Source: a bacterium
Lineage (GTDB): Bacteria > Myxococcota_A > UBA9160 > UBA4427
Direction of reading: 5' to 3'
Length of the DNA: 48,442 bases
NCBI GenBank assembly: GCA_030432735.1
Contig: JAUIMK010000003.1
Coordinates: 1 to 48,442, forward strand
Shown: positions 37,902 to 45,819 of the stretch, in pieces
Numbering within the stretch: position 1 is the first letter of the stretch
Layout: every line of letters begins with the position of its first letter
Translations under genes and position numbers: made by a program
The notes under the pieces: model-generated
Databases searched by the model: none
Told to the model about the DNA's origin: nothing
Seen by the model: the letters and a program-made list of their open reading frames with translations, nothing else

Positions 37902-38885
37902 TCAATCGACGAGGATGTCGCGCTCTTCCGGCGGGCGGGTTCCGAAGCTGAGCCCGATCCGGTACTCGCTGTCGGCGGTGTACCCGACCCAGCCGGCGCC
38001 GAGCCCCGCGGCCTCGGTCGCCTGCCGGGCGGTGCCATAGGCTTCGAAGCTGTCGTTCCAGACGTGGAACCGGACGAAGTCCCGACCGGGCCGTCGGCGC
38101 GCGAGCCATTGGCGCCACACCTCGCTGGTCGCGAGCCGCGCGGGCTCGATGCCCCGATCCGCGGGCGGCCAGTCGAGCCGCACGCGGTTCGGACGGCCGG
38201 GCTCGAGGAGCCAGCGGAATCCGTCGCTCCCGACGCGCCGCTTGCGGAGATAGAGCGCCGCCGACTCGAACTCGTCCTGCCGAAAGGCGCCACCCGAGGC
38301 ATCGGCCTTGAGCAGGCGGGCCAGGGCGTTCGTGCCTGCATCGAAGAGTGCCTTGCGATCGACGGGAAAGACCCGGCCGTGCCGGACGAGCACCCAGGAC
38401 TCGAGTCCCCGCTCGACCCGGGGGTCGGGAAGGCGGGCGACGCGCTCCTTCGCGACGGTCCGGAGGGCGTCTTCGCGAACGCGCCGATCGTCGAGGGCGC
38501 GCCGCGCGTCGAGATTCTCCCGACGAAGCGTAGACAGCCGCGCGAGCTTCTCGGACACGCCCTCGGCGTCGATGCGAGCCGCCGGTCCGAGGTCGTCGAT
38601 CGCGTCGAGGATCTCGTCCGCCAGCGCGACCGCCTCCGCGTCCACGCGCAGGCCGCGCGCCGCGAGCGCCTCCGTCCGGGCCTCCAGCGCGCCCTGTCGT
38701 TCCGGAATCGACGAGACGAAATCCTGCTCCGCCGCGAGCTGCTCGGCCTGGCGCCGGAGCACCCGGTCGAGGGCGCCGCCGAGCTCGATCTGCGTCAGGG
38801 CGAGCACGATCACGAGGATGCCCACCACGTTCGACAACGTGTCGACGAGCGGTCCGAGATTGTCCGCGAGGGCCCGCCGCCTCAT
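37902..38885 (-). CDS. Single-TM coiled-coil protein, ExbD/TolR-like (TM Asp present)
   Basis: N-terminal LGPLVDTLSNVVGILVIVLAL, coiled coil, C-terminal VRFHVWNDSFEAY...AAGLGAGW resembling the ExbD periplasmic fold. Confidence 0.65.
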   Translation of the reverse strand: MRRRALADNLGPLVDTLSNVVGILVIVLALTQIELGGALDRVLRRQAEQLAAEQDFVSSIPERQGALEARTEALAARGLRVDAEAVALADEILDAIDDLGPAARIDAEGVSEKLARLSTLRRENLDARRALDDRRVREDALRTVAKERVARLPDPRVERGLESWVLVRHGRVFPVDRKALFDAGTNALARLLKADASGGAFRQDEFESAALYLRKRRVGSDGFRWLLEPGRPNRVRLDWPPADRGIEPARLATSEVWRQWLARRRPGRDFVRFHVWNDSFEAYGTARQATEAAGLGAGWVGYTADSEYRIGLSFGTRPPEERDILVD

Positions 38886-38907
38886 CGGCGCTCCCCTGCC
38901 CGTGCCC

Positions 38908-39681
38908 TCAAGGCGCCGCCTCCGAGCGACGCAGCAATCGCCAGTCGAGCTCGCCGTCGCCGGGCAGCGGAAGCCGCGCGACCCGGATCCCGGCCTCCCG
39001 CGCGACACGAACGGTCGCGCGCGAGGTGGGCAACCCGTCCGGCCGCACGAGCAGCACCAGGAGCGCCGACGGCTCCGCGCTCACCCGGCGCAGATAGCGG
39101 CCGAAATCCCCGTCCCGCGCGATCGCGTCCGCGGGCACGAAGTAGCGGAAGTCGTCCGTGACGCGGAGCGCGGTGATCCCGCCGTCGTCGCACTCGATGA
39201 AGAAGGGCTGCCAGCGTCCGGAGAGATCCGTCGGATCGATCAGGATGGGCAGCGTCTCCCGTCGCGACTCGAGGACCGCGAGGCTCGTCTCGACGTCGCC
39301 CCGCTCCGCATCGATCTGCTCGGCCTCCGTCCGGGCCGCGGCGAGCGCCTCGTCGATCGCCTCGGCCCGCGCCGCCTCCCGCAGCCGGTCGGTGATCGCC
39401 TCGAGATCCGCGTCGGGCGCGAGACCGAGCGCCGGGATCGCGCGGTCCACGTCTTCCCATCGCTCGACCGCCCGCTCGATTTCCGCGAGCTCGGCCTCGA
39501 AGCGGGCGCGCTCGACGGCGAGCGCTTCGCGACGTTGCTGCCCCTCGGTCTGCGCGCTGCGGCTCGTGTCGACCGCGGCCAGGGCCATCACGGCGAGGAG
39601 CACGACGAGCGCGCCGATCGTACACGCCAGCACGCTCATGAAGGGGAAGAGCGCGGACGGCAGGCCGTCACGACGCGCCAT
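38908..39681 (-). CDS. Single-TM coiled-coil protein, ExbD/TolR-like (no TM Asp)
   Basis: N-terminal ALFPFMSVLACTIGALVVLL, coiled coil, C-terminal LVLLVRPDG...AREAGIRVARLP. Confidence 0.65.
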   Translation of the reverse strand: MARRDGLPSALFPFMSVLACTIGALVVLLAVMALAAVDTSRSAQTEGQQRREALAVERARFEAELAEIERAVERWEDVDRAIPALGLAPDADLEAITDRLREAARAEAIDEALAAARTEAEQIDAERGDVETSLAVLESRRETLPILIDPTDLSGRWQPFFIECDDGGITALRVTDDFRYFVPADAIARDGDFGRYLRRVSAEPSALLVLLVRPDGLPTSRATVRVAREAGIRVARLPLPGDGELDWRLLRRSEAAP

Positions 39682-39684
39682 CGC

Positions 39685-40674
39685 CTAGACGTCCGCCCCA
39701 CTGCTCGAGGCGCCGACCTGCTCGAGGAGCTTGCGGGCCACTGCAGCGATCGTCTCGTCTTCACCGCCACCGGATTCGCGCAGACGCGGGACCAGCCACT
39801 CGGCGCAGTAGTCGTCGACCGCGCCGACGAGCCCCTCCTCCATGCGCTGGACGATGCTCGCTGGGAACATGATCACGATGCTGAGGACGAGGGCGAGCAG
39901 GGTCGTATCGAACGCGATTCCAAGCCCTCCCGTCACCGACCCGATCGACGCCTTCAACCCCTCGAGGCTCGCAGCGCTCTCGAGGCTCTCGGAGAAGCCG
40001 CCCACCGCCGCGCCGAGGCCGAGGACGGTGCCGATGAAGCCGAGGGTCGGGACGGCCCAGACGAAGACGCGCACGAGGGCGTAGCTCGCGTCGACACGTC
40101 CTTCGTCGGCGGCGGACTCGGAGGCGAGGAATCCCTGAACCGCGGAGATCCGTGGCCGCACCTCGAACTGGCGGAGCGCGCGATCGAGGCGCGCCACCAG
40201 GAAGGCATCGGCGGACTCGCCGGCGCGGGTCGCGAGCTCGCGCCGCAGCGCACCCGCCCGCTCGGGCCGGATCCCGGTCTCGGACTCGGCGGCGAAGAGA
40301 TCGACCCCGAGGATCCGGGTCTCGGAGCGGAGACGCGCCCAGCGTGCGCCGATCAGCAGCAGCGCCCAGGCCGAGGCGGTCGTGATCAGGACCGGAACGA
40401 ACCCCCGCTCCAGGAAGAGCTCGCCGATCCGGCCCGCCGGAATCGCCTGGAGCAATGAATAGAAGACGAGCGTGAAGACGACGGCGCCGAGCGCCGGGAG
40501 CCAGTCCGCTCCCTCCCCGGGTGCGCGACGCGGACGCAGACGATCGCCTGCCCCGGTGCCGCGGTCGACGTGCGCCGCCAGGCAGGACTGTCCGCAGCTC
40601 GCACAACGCAGCACATCCGCTTCCCCCGTCGGAGCGAGGGCGATCTCGTCACAATGCGGACAGGGCCTGTCCAT
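39685..40674 (-). CDS. MotA/TolQ/ExbB proton-channel family protein with N-terminal Zn ribbon
   Basis: CPHC...CASC; PTLGFIGTVLGL and GLGIAFDTTLLAL channel helices; GGGAGG SD. Confidence 0.88.
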   Translation of the reverse strand: MDRPCPHCDEIALAPTGEADVLRCASCGQSCLAAHVDRGTGAGDRLRPRRAPGEGADWLPALGAVVFTLVFYSLLQAIPAGRIGELFLERGFVPVLITTASAWALLLIGARWARLRSETRILGVDLFAAESETGIRPERAGALRRELATRAGESADAFLVARLDRALRQFEVRPRISAVQGFLASESAADEGRVDASYALVRVFVWAVPTLGFIGTVLGLGAAVGGFSESLESAASLEGLKASIGSVTGGLGIAFDTTLLALVLSIVIMFPASIVQRMEEGLVGAVDDYCAEWLVPRLRESGGGEDETIAAVARKLLEQVGASSSGADV

Positions 40675-40777
40675 CCAGCCTCCCCTGGGATCGACGGGAA
40701 GACTAGGCCCTCGTCGGCCGCGGCGCCGCGAGGACGGCAGACACCCCCCTTCCCCTCGCCGCGCTAGCCTGCGCGGG

Positions 40778-42058
40778 ATGTCCGGCCCCCGCGTCCCGAG
40801 TCGCGCCCAGCTGAAGCGCATCCTCGACCTGCCCGCGAACGCGCGCCGGGACGAGATCGTCGCCGCGCTCGATCGACTCGTCGCCGCGCTCCGCGCACGA
40901 AGCGCGATGCCCGATACGAGCGCCTCGGAGCGGGACGCCCTCGAGGTCGAGATCGAGCGCCTCGAGGCCGCGCGGCCGCGCACCGTTGCGGCGCGCCCGG
41001 ACCGACTGCCGCTCGTCGGTGCCCTCCTCGGGACCGCGGTCGCGCTGGCGGCCCTGTTCCTGACCTACGGCGGCGGGGACGACCGCGGCGAGCGTGTCCC
41101 CGGCGTCGCGCTGGCCGAGAAGCCTCGACTCGAGATCGAAGGACCGCTGCCGATGGCGACGCTGCGCGTCCTCGACGCGGACCGCACGACCCTCATCGCC
41201 GAGATGCGCGCCGAGGGGGCCGTCCTCGAGCTGGACCGCGGGCGCTATGCGCTCGAGGTCCAGCGCCCCGGATGCGACGAGGTCTGGTCCCGGTCGGCCT
41301 ACTTCGCGCCGGGAACGGTCCACCGATTCGCGCCCACCCTCTGCTCCGGCGAAGGTCGTCTCGTCGTCCGCTCGAACGTGCCCGACGGCCGCCTTCGCAT
41401 CGACGGGGACGTCGTCGGCGCCCCCGGCGACAAGGCTCACGTCCTCCCCGTCGGCGAGCACGAGATCAGCGTCGAGCGCGAGGGCTTCCGGCGCTGGGTC
41501 GAGCGGGTCCGCGTCGCGCCCGATGCCCGGCTCGAGCGGATGGCCCTGCTCCTGCCCGAGCGCGACGAGACGCCGCGCCCTCGGCAGCTCGATCTCGGCT
41601 TCGATGCGACCACGCTGGCGCCGCCGCCCCCTCCGGCTCCGACCCCCTTCGACATGGGGGATCTCGCGGATCAGGTCGCCCCCCAGAAGAGCGGGCGACC
41701 CTCGACGCGTCTGCTCGAACGCGCCGGTCTCGGCGGACTCCCGGACGGCGGCTCCACCGCCTGGCACGACCGCGTCCGCAAGGAGTTCCTCACCCGCTTC
41801 GATCGCGACGTCTCGGGTCGGATCGATCGCGTCGAGGAGAGCGAGGCCATCTCCTGTGCCTGGTGGCGCGAGACCGAACAGAGCTTCGACGAGGGCGGAC
41901 TCGGCCTCTCGATGGCGCGCTACTACGGATTCGACGGCAGCGAATGGCATCCCGCGGCCCTGGGCTTCGCGCGCGATCTGCGCAGCGTCGCGTACGAGCG
42001 GATGCGGGCGTGCGGGCTCCAGGCCCGCGCGCTGCGAGCCCCTTCGGCCCGGATCTAG
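40778..42058 (+). CDS. Membrane-anchored PEGA-domain protein with Pro-rich linker and EF-hand-like C-terminal motif
   Basis: One TM helix; GRLVVRSNVPDGRLRIDG...LPVGEHEISVEREGF (PEGA); APPPPPAPTP; FDRDVSGRIDRVEE. Confidence 0.78.
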   Translation: MSGPRVPSRAQLKRILDLPANARRDEIVAALDRLVAALRARSAMPDTSASERDALEVEIERLEAARPRTVAARPDRLPLVGALLGTAVALAALFLTYGGGDDRGERVPGVALAEKPRLEIEGPLPMATLRVLDADRTTLIAEMRAEGAVLELDRGRYALEVQRPGCDEVWSRSAYFAPGTVHRFAPTLCSGEGRLVVRSNVPDGRLRIDGDVVGAPGDKAHVLPVGEHEISVEREGFRRWVERVRVAPDARLERMALLLPERDETPRPRQLDLGFDATTLAPPPPPAPTPFDMGDLADQVAPQKSGRPSTRLLERAGLGGLPDGGSTAWHDRVRKEFLTRFDRDVSGRIDRVEESEAISCAWWRETEQSFDEGGLGLSMARYYGFDGSEWHPAALGFARDLRSVAYERMRACGLQARALRAPSARI

Positions 42059-42151
42059 GGCGAATCCCCGAGCCGTCGGTCGTCTTCCCCTCACCCCCTC
42101 GGCTTTCCTACCGAAAATCTGCTCCTTTCCCCCGATACCGGGAAATCCGGG

Positions 42152-42209
42152 GATCCCTACCTTGAAAATCCCGATTCGATGATTTTCAAGGATCCAGTGC
42201 GTAGGGATC
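42152..42209. promoter_or_regulatory. Nested inverted repeat upstream of the LuxR-type regulator
   Basis: CCTTGAAAATC (42160-42170) / GATTTTCAAGG (42181-42191), flanked by GATCCCTAC (42152-42160) / GTAGGGATC (42201-42209). Confidence 0.6.
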
Positions 42210-42225
42210 GATCAAGGGGGGAATC

Positions 42226-42867
42226 ATGGTCAGTATCGTGGTGGCGGACGATCACAAGATCGTCCGAGAGGGACTCATTCGTTTGCTGGAGGCGCGGGAA
42301 GACTTCACCGTGATCGGCGAAGCCGCGAACGGCGAGGAAGCCGTCCAGCTCGTGATGGAGAAGCGGCCCGACATCGTCCTGATGGACATCAACATGCCGA
42401 AGCTCTCGGGGATCGATGCGACGCGTCAGCTCGGCAAGGCCGGCTGCCAGTCGAAGATCCTCGTGCTCTCGATGCACGAGAGCCGTGCCTACGTGGAGGA
42501 GGTGCTCCGCGCGGGCGCCTCGGGCTACGTCGTGAAGAACTCGGCGTCGAAGGACGTGCACAACGCGATCGACGCGGTCCGCTCCGGCGCGTCCTATCTG
42601 TCGCCGGCGATCACCCAGCAGGTGGTCGACGCGATCGCGCGCCCCGGCGACGCGGGACCGTCCGGCGTCTCGATGCTCACCGAGCGCGAGCGCGAGGTGC
42701 TGAAGCTGATCGCCGAAGGCCTCTCCTCGAAGGAGATCGCGGCGGACCTCGGCGTGTCGCTCAAGACGATCGACTCCCACCGGTCCAACCTGATGGAGAA
42801 GCTCGACATCCACAAGGTCTCGGGGCTGGTGCGCTTCGCGATTCGCGCGGGGCTCGTCGAGCCCTAG
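42226..42867 (+). CDS. NarL/FixJ-family response regulator (REC + LuxR HTH)
   Basis: VADDH, LMDINMP, LSMH, GYVVK, LTEREREVLKLIAEGLSSKEIA. Confidence 0.96.
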   Translation: MVSIVVADDHKIVREGLIRLLEAREDFTVIGEAANGEEAVQLVMEKRPDIVLMDINMPKLSGIDATRQLGKAGCQSKILVLSMHESRAYVEEVLRAGASGYVVKNSASKDVHNAIDAVRSGASYLSPAITQQVVDAIARPGDAGPSGVSMLTEREREVLKLIAEGLSSKEIAADLGVSLKTIDSHRSNLMEKLDIHKVSGLVRFAIRAGLVEP

Positions 42868-42993
42868 GCCTTCGTCATCCGATCCGCCGCGGTGTCGCAT
42901 CTCACCGCGCGAACGAGGAGCCCGTCCCCGGCCTGGCCGAGGGCGGGCTCCCGTCCGTTCGGGGCCCATGCTCGGCTCGCAGCGGCGAATCGA

Positions 42994-43596
42994 TCAGCGA
43001 AGGGGGCGGAGGTCGACGCGCCGGTTGTAGAGCTTGTCCTGCGGGTTCTCTTCGACCTCTCGAAGCGGCTCCGAAGCACCGAAGCCCCGCGCGACCAGAC
43101 GGCTCTCGTCGAGCCCGTGCTCCTCGACGAGATAGTCGCGGGCCGTCTGCGCCCGCGCCTCGGAGAGCGGCTGATTGACCGCTTCGTCGCCGTCCTGATC
43201 GGTGTGCCCACCGAGCACGAAGCGCATGCTGCCGTAGTCCTCGCCCTTCAGGGCCGCGGCGAGCTCGTCGAGGCTCGACCGGGACTCGTCGGTGAGGCGC
43301 GCGGTGTTCTTGGGGAAGTGGATCTCGAAGTTGATGCGCGGCGTCCGCTGGATCGCGACGGCGGTGGCGTCCCCGGACTCCAGGGCGCGCAGGGCCGAGA
43401 GCGCCTCGCTGATCACGCTCGCGTCGATGTTGTCCTTCGAGAGGTACATCTGACCCGAGACGGTGTCGATCCGGCCGGAGCCGCTCGGCGGCGCCAGGGC
43501 CTCGTAGAGGCGCGCGTTGATCGCGTCGGCGTCGACGTCCCCCTCGGCCTTCGCGAGACCGGAAACGACGACCAGCGCGACGCAGAGCATCATCAT
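42994..43596 (-). CDS. OmpA-family peptidoglycan-binding protein
   Basis: Signal peptide ending AKA; IHF, GHTD, NQPLSEARA, GFG, NRRV. The start could extend to 43665. Confidence 0.9.
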   Translation of the reverse strand: MMMLCVALVVVSGLAKAEGDVDADAINARLYEALAPPSGSGRIDTVSGQMYLSKDNIDASVISEALSALRALESGDATAVAIQRTPRINFEIHFPKNTARLTDESRSSLDELAAALKGEDYGSMRFVLGGHTDQDGDEAVNQPLSEARAQTARDYLVEEHGLDESRLVARGFGASEPLREVEENPQDKLYNRRVDLRPLR

Positions 43597-43862
43597 CGTG
43601 CCTCGCGCGTGCCGCGCGCGATCCACGCCTGAATAGAGTCCGTTTCGCATGCTGTAGGTCCCCATGGTCTGCCCAGACCGCCCGCCCAGACCATGCCCCA
43701 GCCGGTCCCGAGCGGCGAGCGCCGTCGTCGGCGAAGAAGATGTCCCGGGCCTCCGCGAGCGGGTGTGCCGAAACGAGGGGTGCGGGTTCCGGGTTCGCGC
43801 CCGCCCTCGACCGGCACGAGGCCGGATCCCCTCGCGGCGGATCGCGGCCCTGGATCGCGACC

Positions 43863-44444
43863 CTAGAGCGGCGGTGCCGGACGTTCGAGCACCTCTTCCC
43901 CGTGCACGAGTCGATCGACGTGGTGGCCCTTCAGCTCGCGCTTCTCGAGGAGCGCCTCCGCGAGCTCCTCGACGGTGCTCCAGACGGGTCCGAGCAGACG
44001 TTCCGCCTCTTCGCAGTACTCGGTGTAGAACTGCTCCGCAGGACGCTCGAGGCCGATCAGCTTGGCCATGCGCGCGAGCTCCTCGCGCCCGCGGCGGGCC
44101 GCGCCGAACCAGCGGGTCCAGAGCAGCTCGGAGTCGAGGTCGACCGGATCGAAGCGGCCGTTGCGGAGCGCGATGCGCTCGGCGGCGATTCCGGCGTAGG
44201 CGAACACGCCGTGGGAATCGATCAGCTTGTCGGGGACGACGCCCACCTGCTCGCCGCGGCGCCGCCCCGCCGGCGGACGACAGTCGATCGGCAGCGGCAT
44301 CCCGGAGAACGTGACGACTTCGCCCTCCCCGGCTTCGGCGTCGATGACGGCATGCTTCAGAACGTTCGGTCCGTACAGGACCTCACAAACCGTTGCGCGG
44401 CCGGCTTCCCGGTAGGCCACGCGCGCCAGAGCATTCGTCGACAT
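43863..44444 (-). CDS. Stand-alone FtsH-like peptidase M41 domain protein, predicted inactive
   Basis: VAYREAGRATV versus FtsH TAYHEAGHAIV; YAGIAAERI versus LAGRAAEEI; ELAEALLEKRELKG versus LAEALLEKETL.G. Confidence 0.7.
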   Translation of the reverse strand: MSTNALARVAYREAGRATVCEVLYGPNVLKHAVIDAEAGEGEVVTFSGMPLPIDCRPPAGRRRGEQVGVVPDKLIDSHGVFAYAGIAAERIALRNGRFDPVDLDSELLWTRWFGAARRGREELARMAKLIGLERPAEQFYTEYCEEAERLLGPVWSTVEELAEALLEKRELKGHHVDRLVHGEEVLERPAPPL

Positions 44445-44476
44445 CCATCCCCCTCGATTCAACGGAGCCTTGGCTT

Positions 44477-44504
44477 TCATCGGACGAACGCGCCGTCGGC
44501 TTGA
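44477..44504 (-). promoter_or_regulatory. Putative sigma28-type promoter
   Basis: Minus strand TCAAG-N15-TCCGATGA, about 32 nt upstream of ATG 44444. Confidence 0.6.
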
Positions 44505-44617
44505 TCGACAAAACGCTGGAATTCCGGTGGGTCCGGGCTCGGTCTGCGTGACACCGGCGACCGTCTGGGGCGTGTGCGACTCTCGCGGCGAACCGATCAC
44601 GTGGAGGCGAGCTCGAC

Positions 44618-45553
44618 ATGCGGGACGATGCGCGACTGGAGGACCTCGGCGCGGGCATCTACGCCTGGATCCAGCCCGACGGATCCTGGGGGCTCGCGAA
44701 CGCCGGCCTCGTGTCCGACGGCGACGCGAGCCTGCTCGTCGACACCCTCTACGACCTGCCGCTCACGAAGCGGATGCTCGACGCGATGGCCGACGCGACT
44801 CCGGCGGCGCGCAGGATCGACACCCTGGTCAACACCCACGCGAACGGCGACCACTGCTTCGGAAACCAGCTCGTCGGCGACGCGCGCATCATCACTTCGA
44901 CCGCGACGGCCGCGGAGTGGGACGAGGTGCCGCCGGCGATGATGGCCCAGATGGTGGCCGCGTCGGACCAGATGGGGCCGATCGGCGACTTCGTGCGAAA
45001 GGCCTTCGGCGCCTATCGGTTCGAGGGGCTTTCGCCGACGCCGCCGACGGAGACCTTCGACGGGCGGCTCGATCTCACGGTCGGCGACCTCGCGGTCGAG
45101 CTGATCGAGGTCGGTCCGGCCCACACGGCGGGGGACGTGATCATCCACGTCCCTTCCACGCGGACGATCTTCACCGGCGACATCCTCTTCATCGAAGGCA
45201 CGCCGATCATGTGGGAGGGGCCGGTCGGGAACTGGATCGCGGCCTGCGAGAAGATCGCCGAGCTCGATCCGGAGGTGATCGTGCCGGGCCATGGCCCGCT
45301 CACGGATACCCGCGGCGCCCTCGCCGTCCGCGACTATCTCGTCTACGTCCGCGACGAGGCGCGCAAGCGCTTCGACGCAGGGCTCTCGATCCGGGACGCG
45401 GTCCATGACATCGCGCTCGGTGACTACTCCGCCTGGCTCGACTCCGAACGCATCGCCGTCAACGTCTCGACCCTCTACAAGGAGTTCGGCTACGCCGGGC
45501 CACCGCCGGACACGATGGAGATCTTCGGTCTGATGGCGGAGCTCGCACGGTAG
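44618..45553 (+). CDS. MBL-fold metallo-hydrolase (cyclase-like)
   Basis: NAGLV, NTHANGDHCFGN, AHTAGD, FTGD, VPGHG. Confidence 0.92.
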   Translation: MRDDARLEDLGAGIYAWIQPDGSWGLANAGLVSDGDASLLVDTLYDLPLTKRMLDAMADATPAARRIDTLVNTHANGDHCFGNQLVGDARIITSTATAAEWDEVPPAMMAQMVAASDQMGPIGDFVRKAFGAYRFEGLSPTPPTETFDGRLDLTVGDLAVELIEVGPAHTAGDVIIHVPSTRTIFTGDILFIEGTPIMWEGPVGNWIAACEKIAELDPEVIVPGHGPLTDTRGALAVRDYLVYVRDEARKRFDAGLSIRDAVHDIALGDYSAWLDSERIAVNVSTLYKEFGYAGPPPDTMEIFGLMAELAR

Positions 45554-45557
45554 GCCG

Positions 45558-45773
45558 ATGGTGGTCCGCGCCGGAGACGACGAACGGCCCGACTGTCTGC
45601 ACTGCGTCCACTATTTCGTGACGTGGGAGTCGGATCGTCCCCGGGGCTGCCGTGCCTACGAGTTCAAGTCGGCGGAGCTGCCGTCGGACGTGGTCTTCTC
45701 GTCGTCGGGCGAGCGCTGCCAGTGCTTCGAGCGCAAGCCCGGCGCGAAGCGGAAGCCCCGGCTCCTTCGCTGA
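45558..45773 (+). CDS. Small Cys-rich, probably metal-binding protein
   Basis: CLHCVHYFVTW...PRGCRAYEFKS..LPS.VV..SSG..CQCF. Confidence 0.75.
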   Translation: MVVRAGDDERPDCLHCVHYFVTWESDRPRGCRAYEFKSAELPSDVVFSSSGERCQCFERKPGAKRKPRLLR

Positions 45774-45819
45774 GCCGAAGCGCGATCCACGCGGAGCACC
45801 GGCGCGGGGCCCGCGGTTG

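Noticed and set aside
35569-43596. Zorya anti-phage system (MotA-like plus OmpA plus helicase)
   Set aside because: The ExbB-like protein lacks the long ZorA tail, neither partner has an OmpA domain, the OmpA gene is in a separate unit, and the ATPase is HelD/SF1-like rather than ZorD-like
43663-43695. Inverted repeat CATGGTCTG/CAGACCATG upstream of the OmpA gene
   Set aside because: Short and single, with no supporting context; cannot be distinguished from chance
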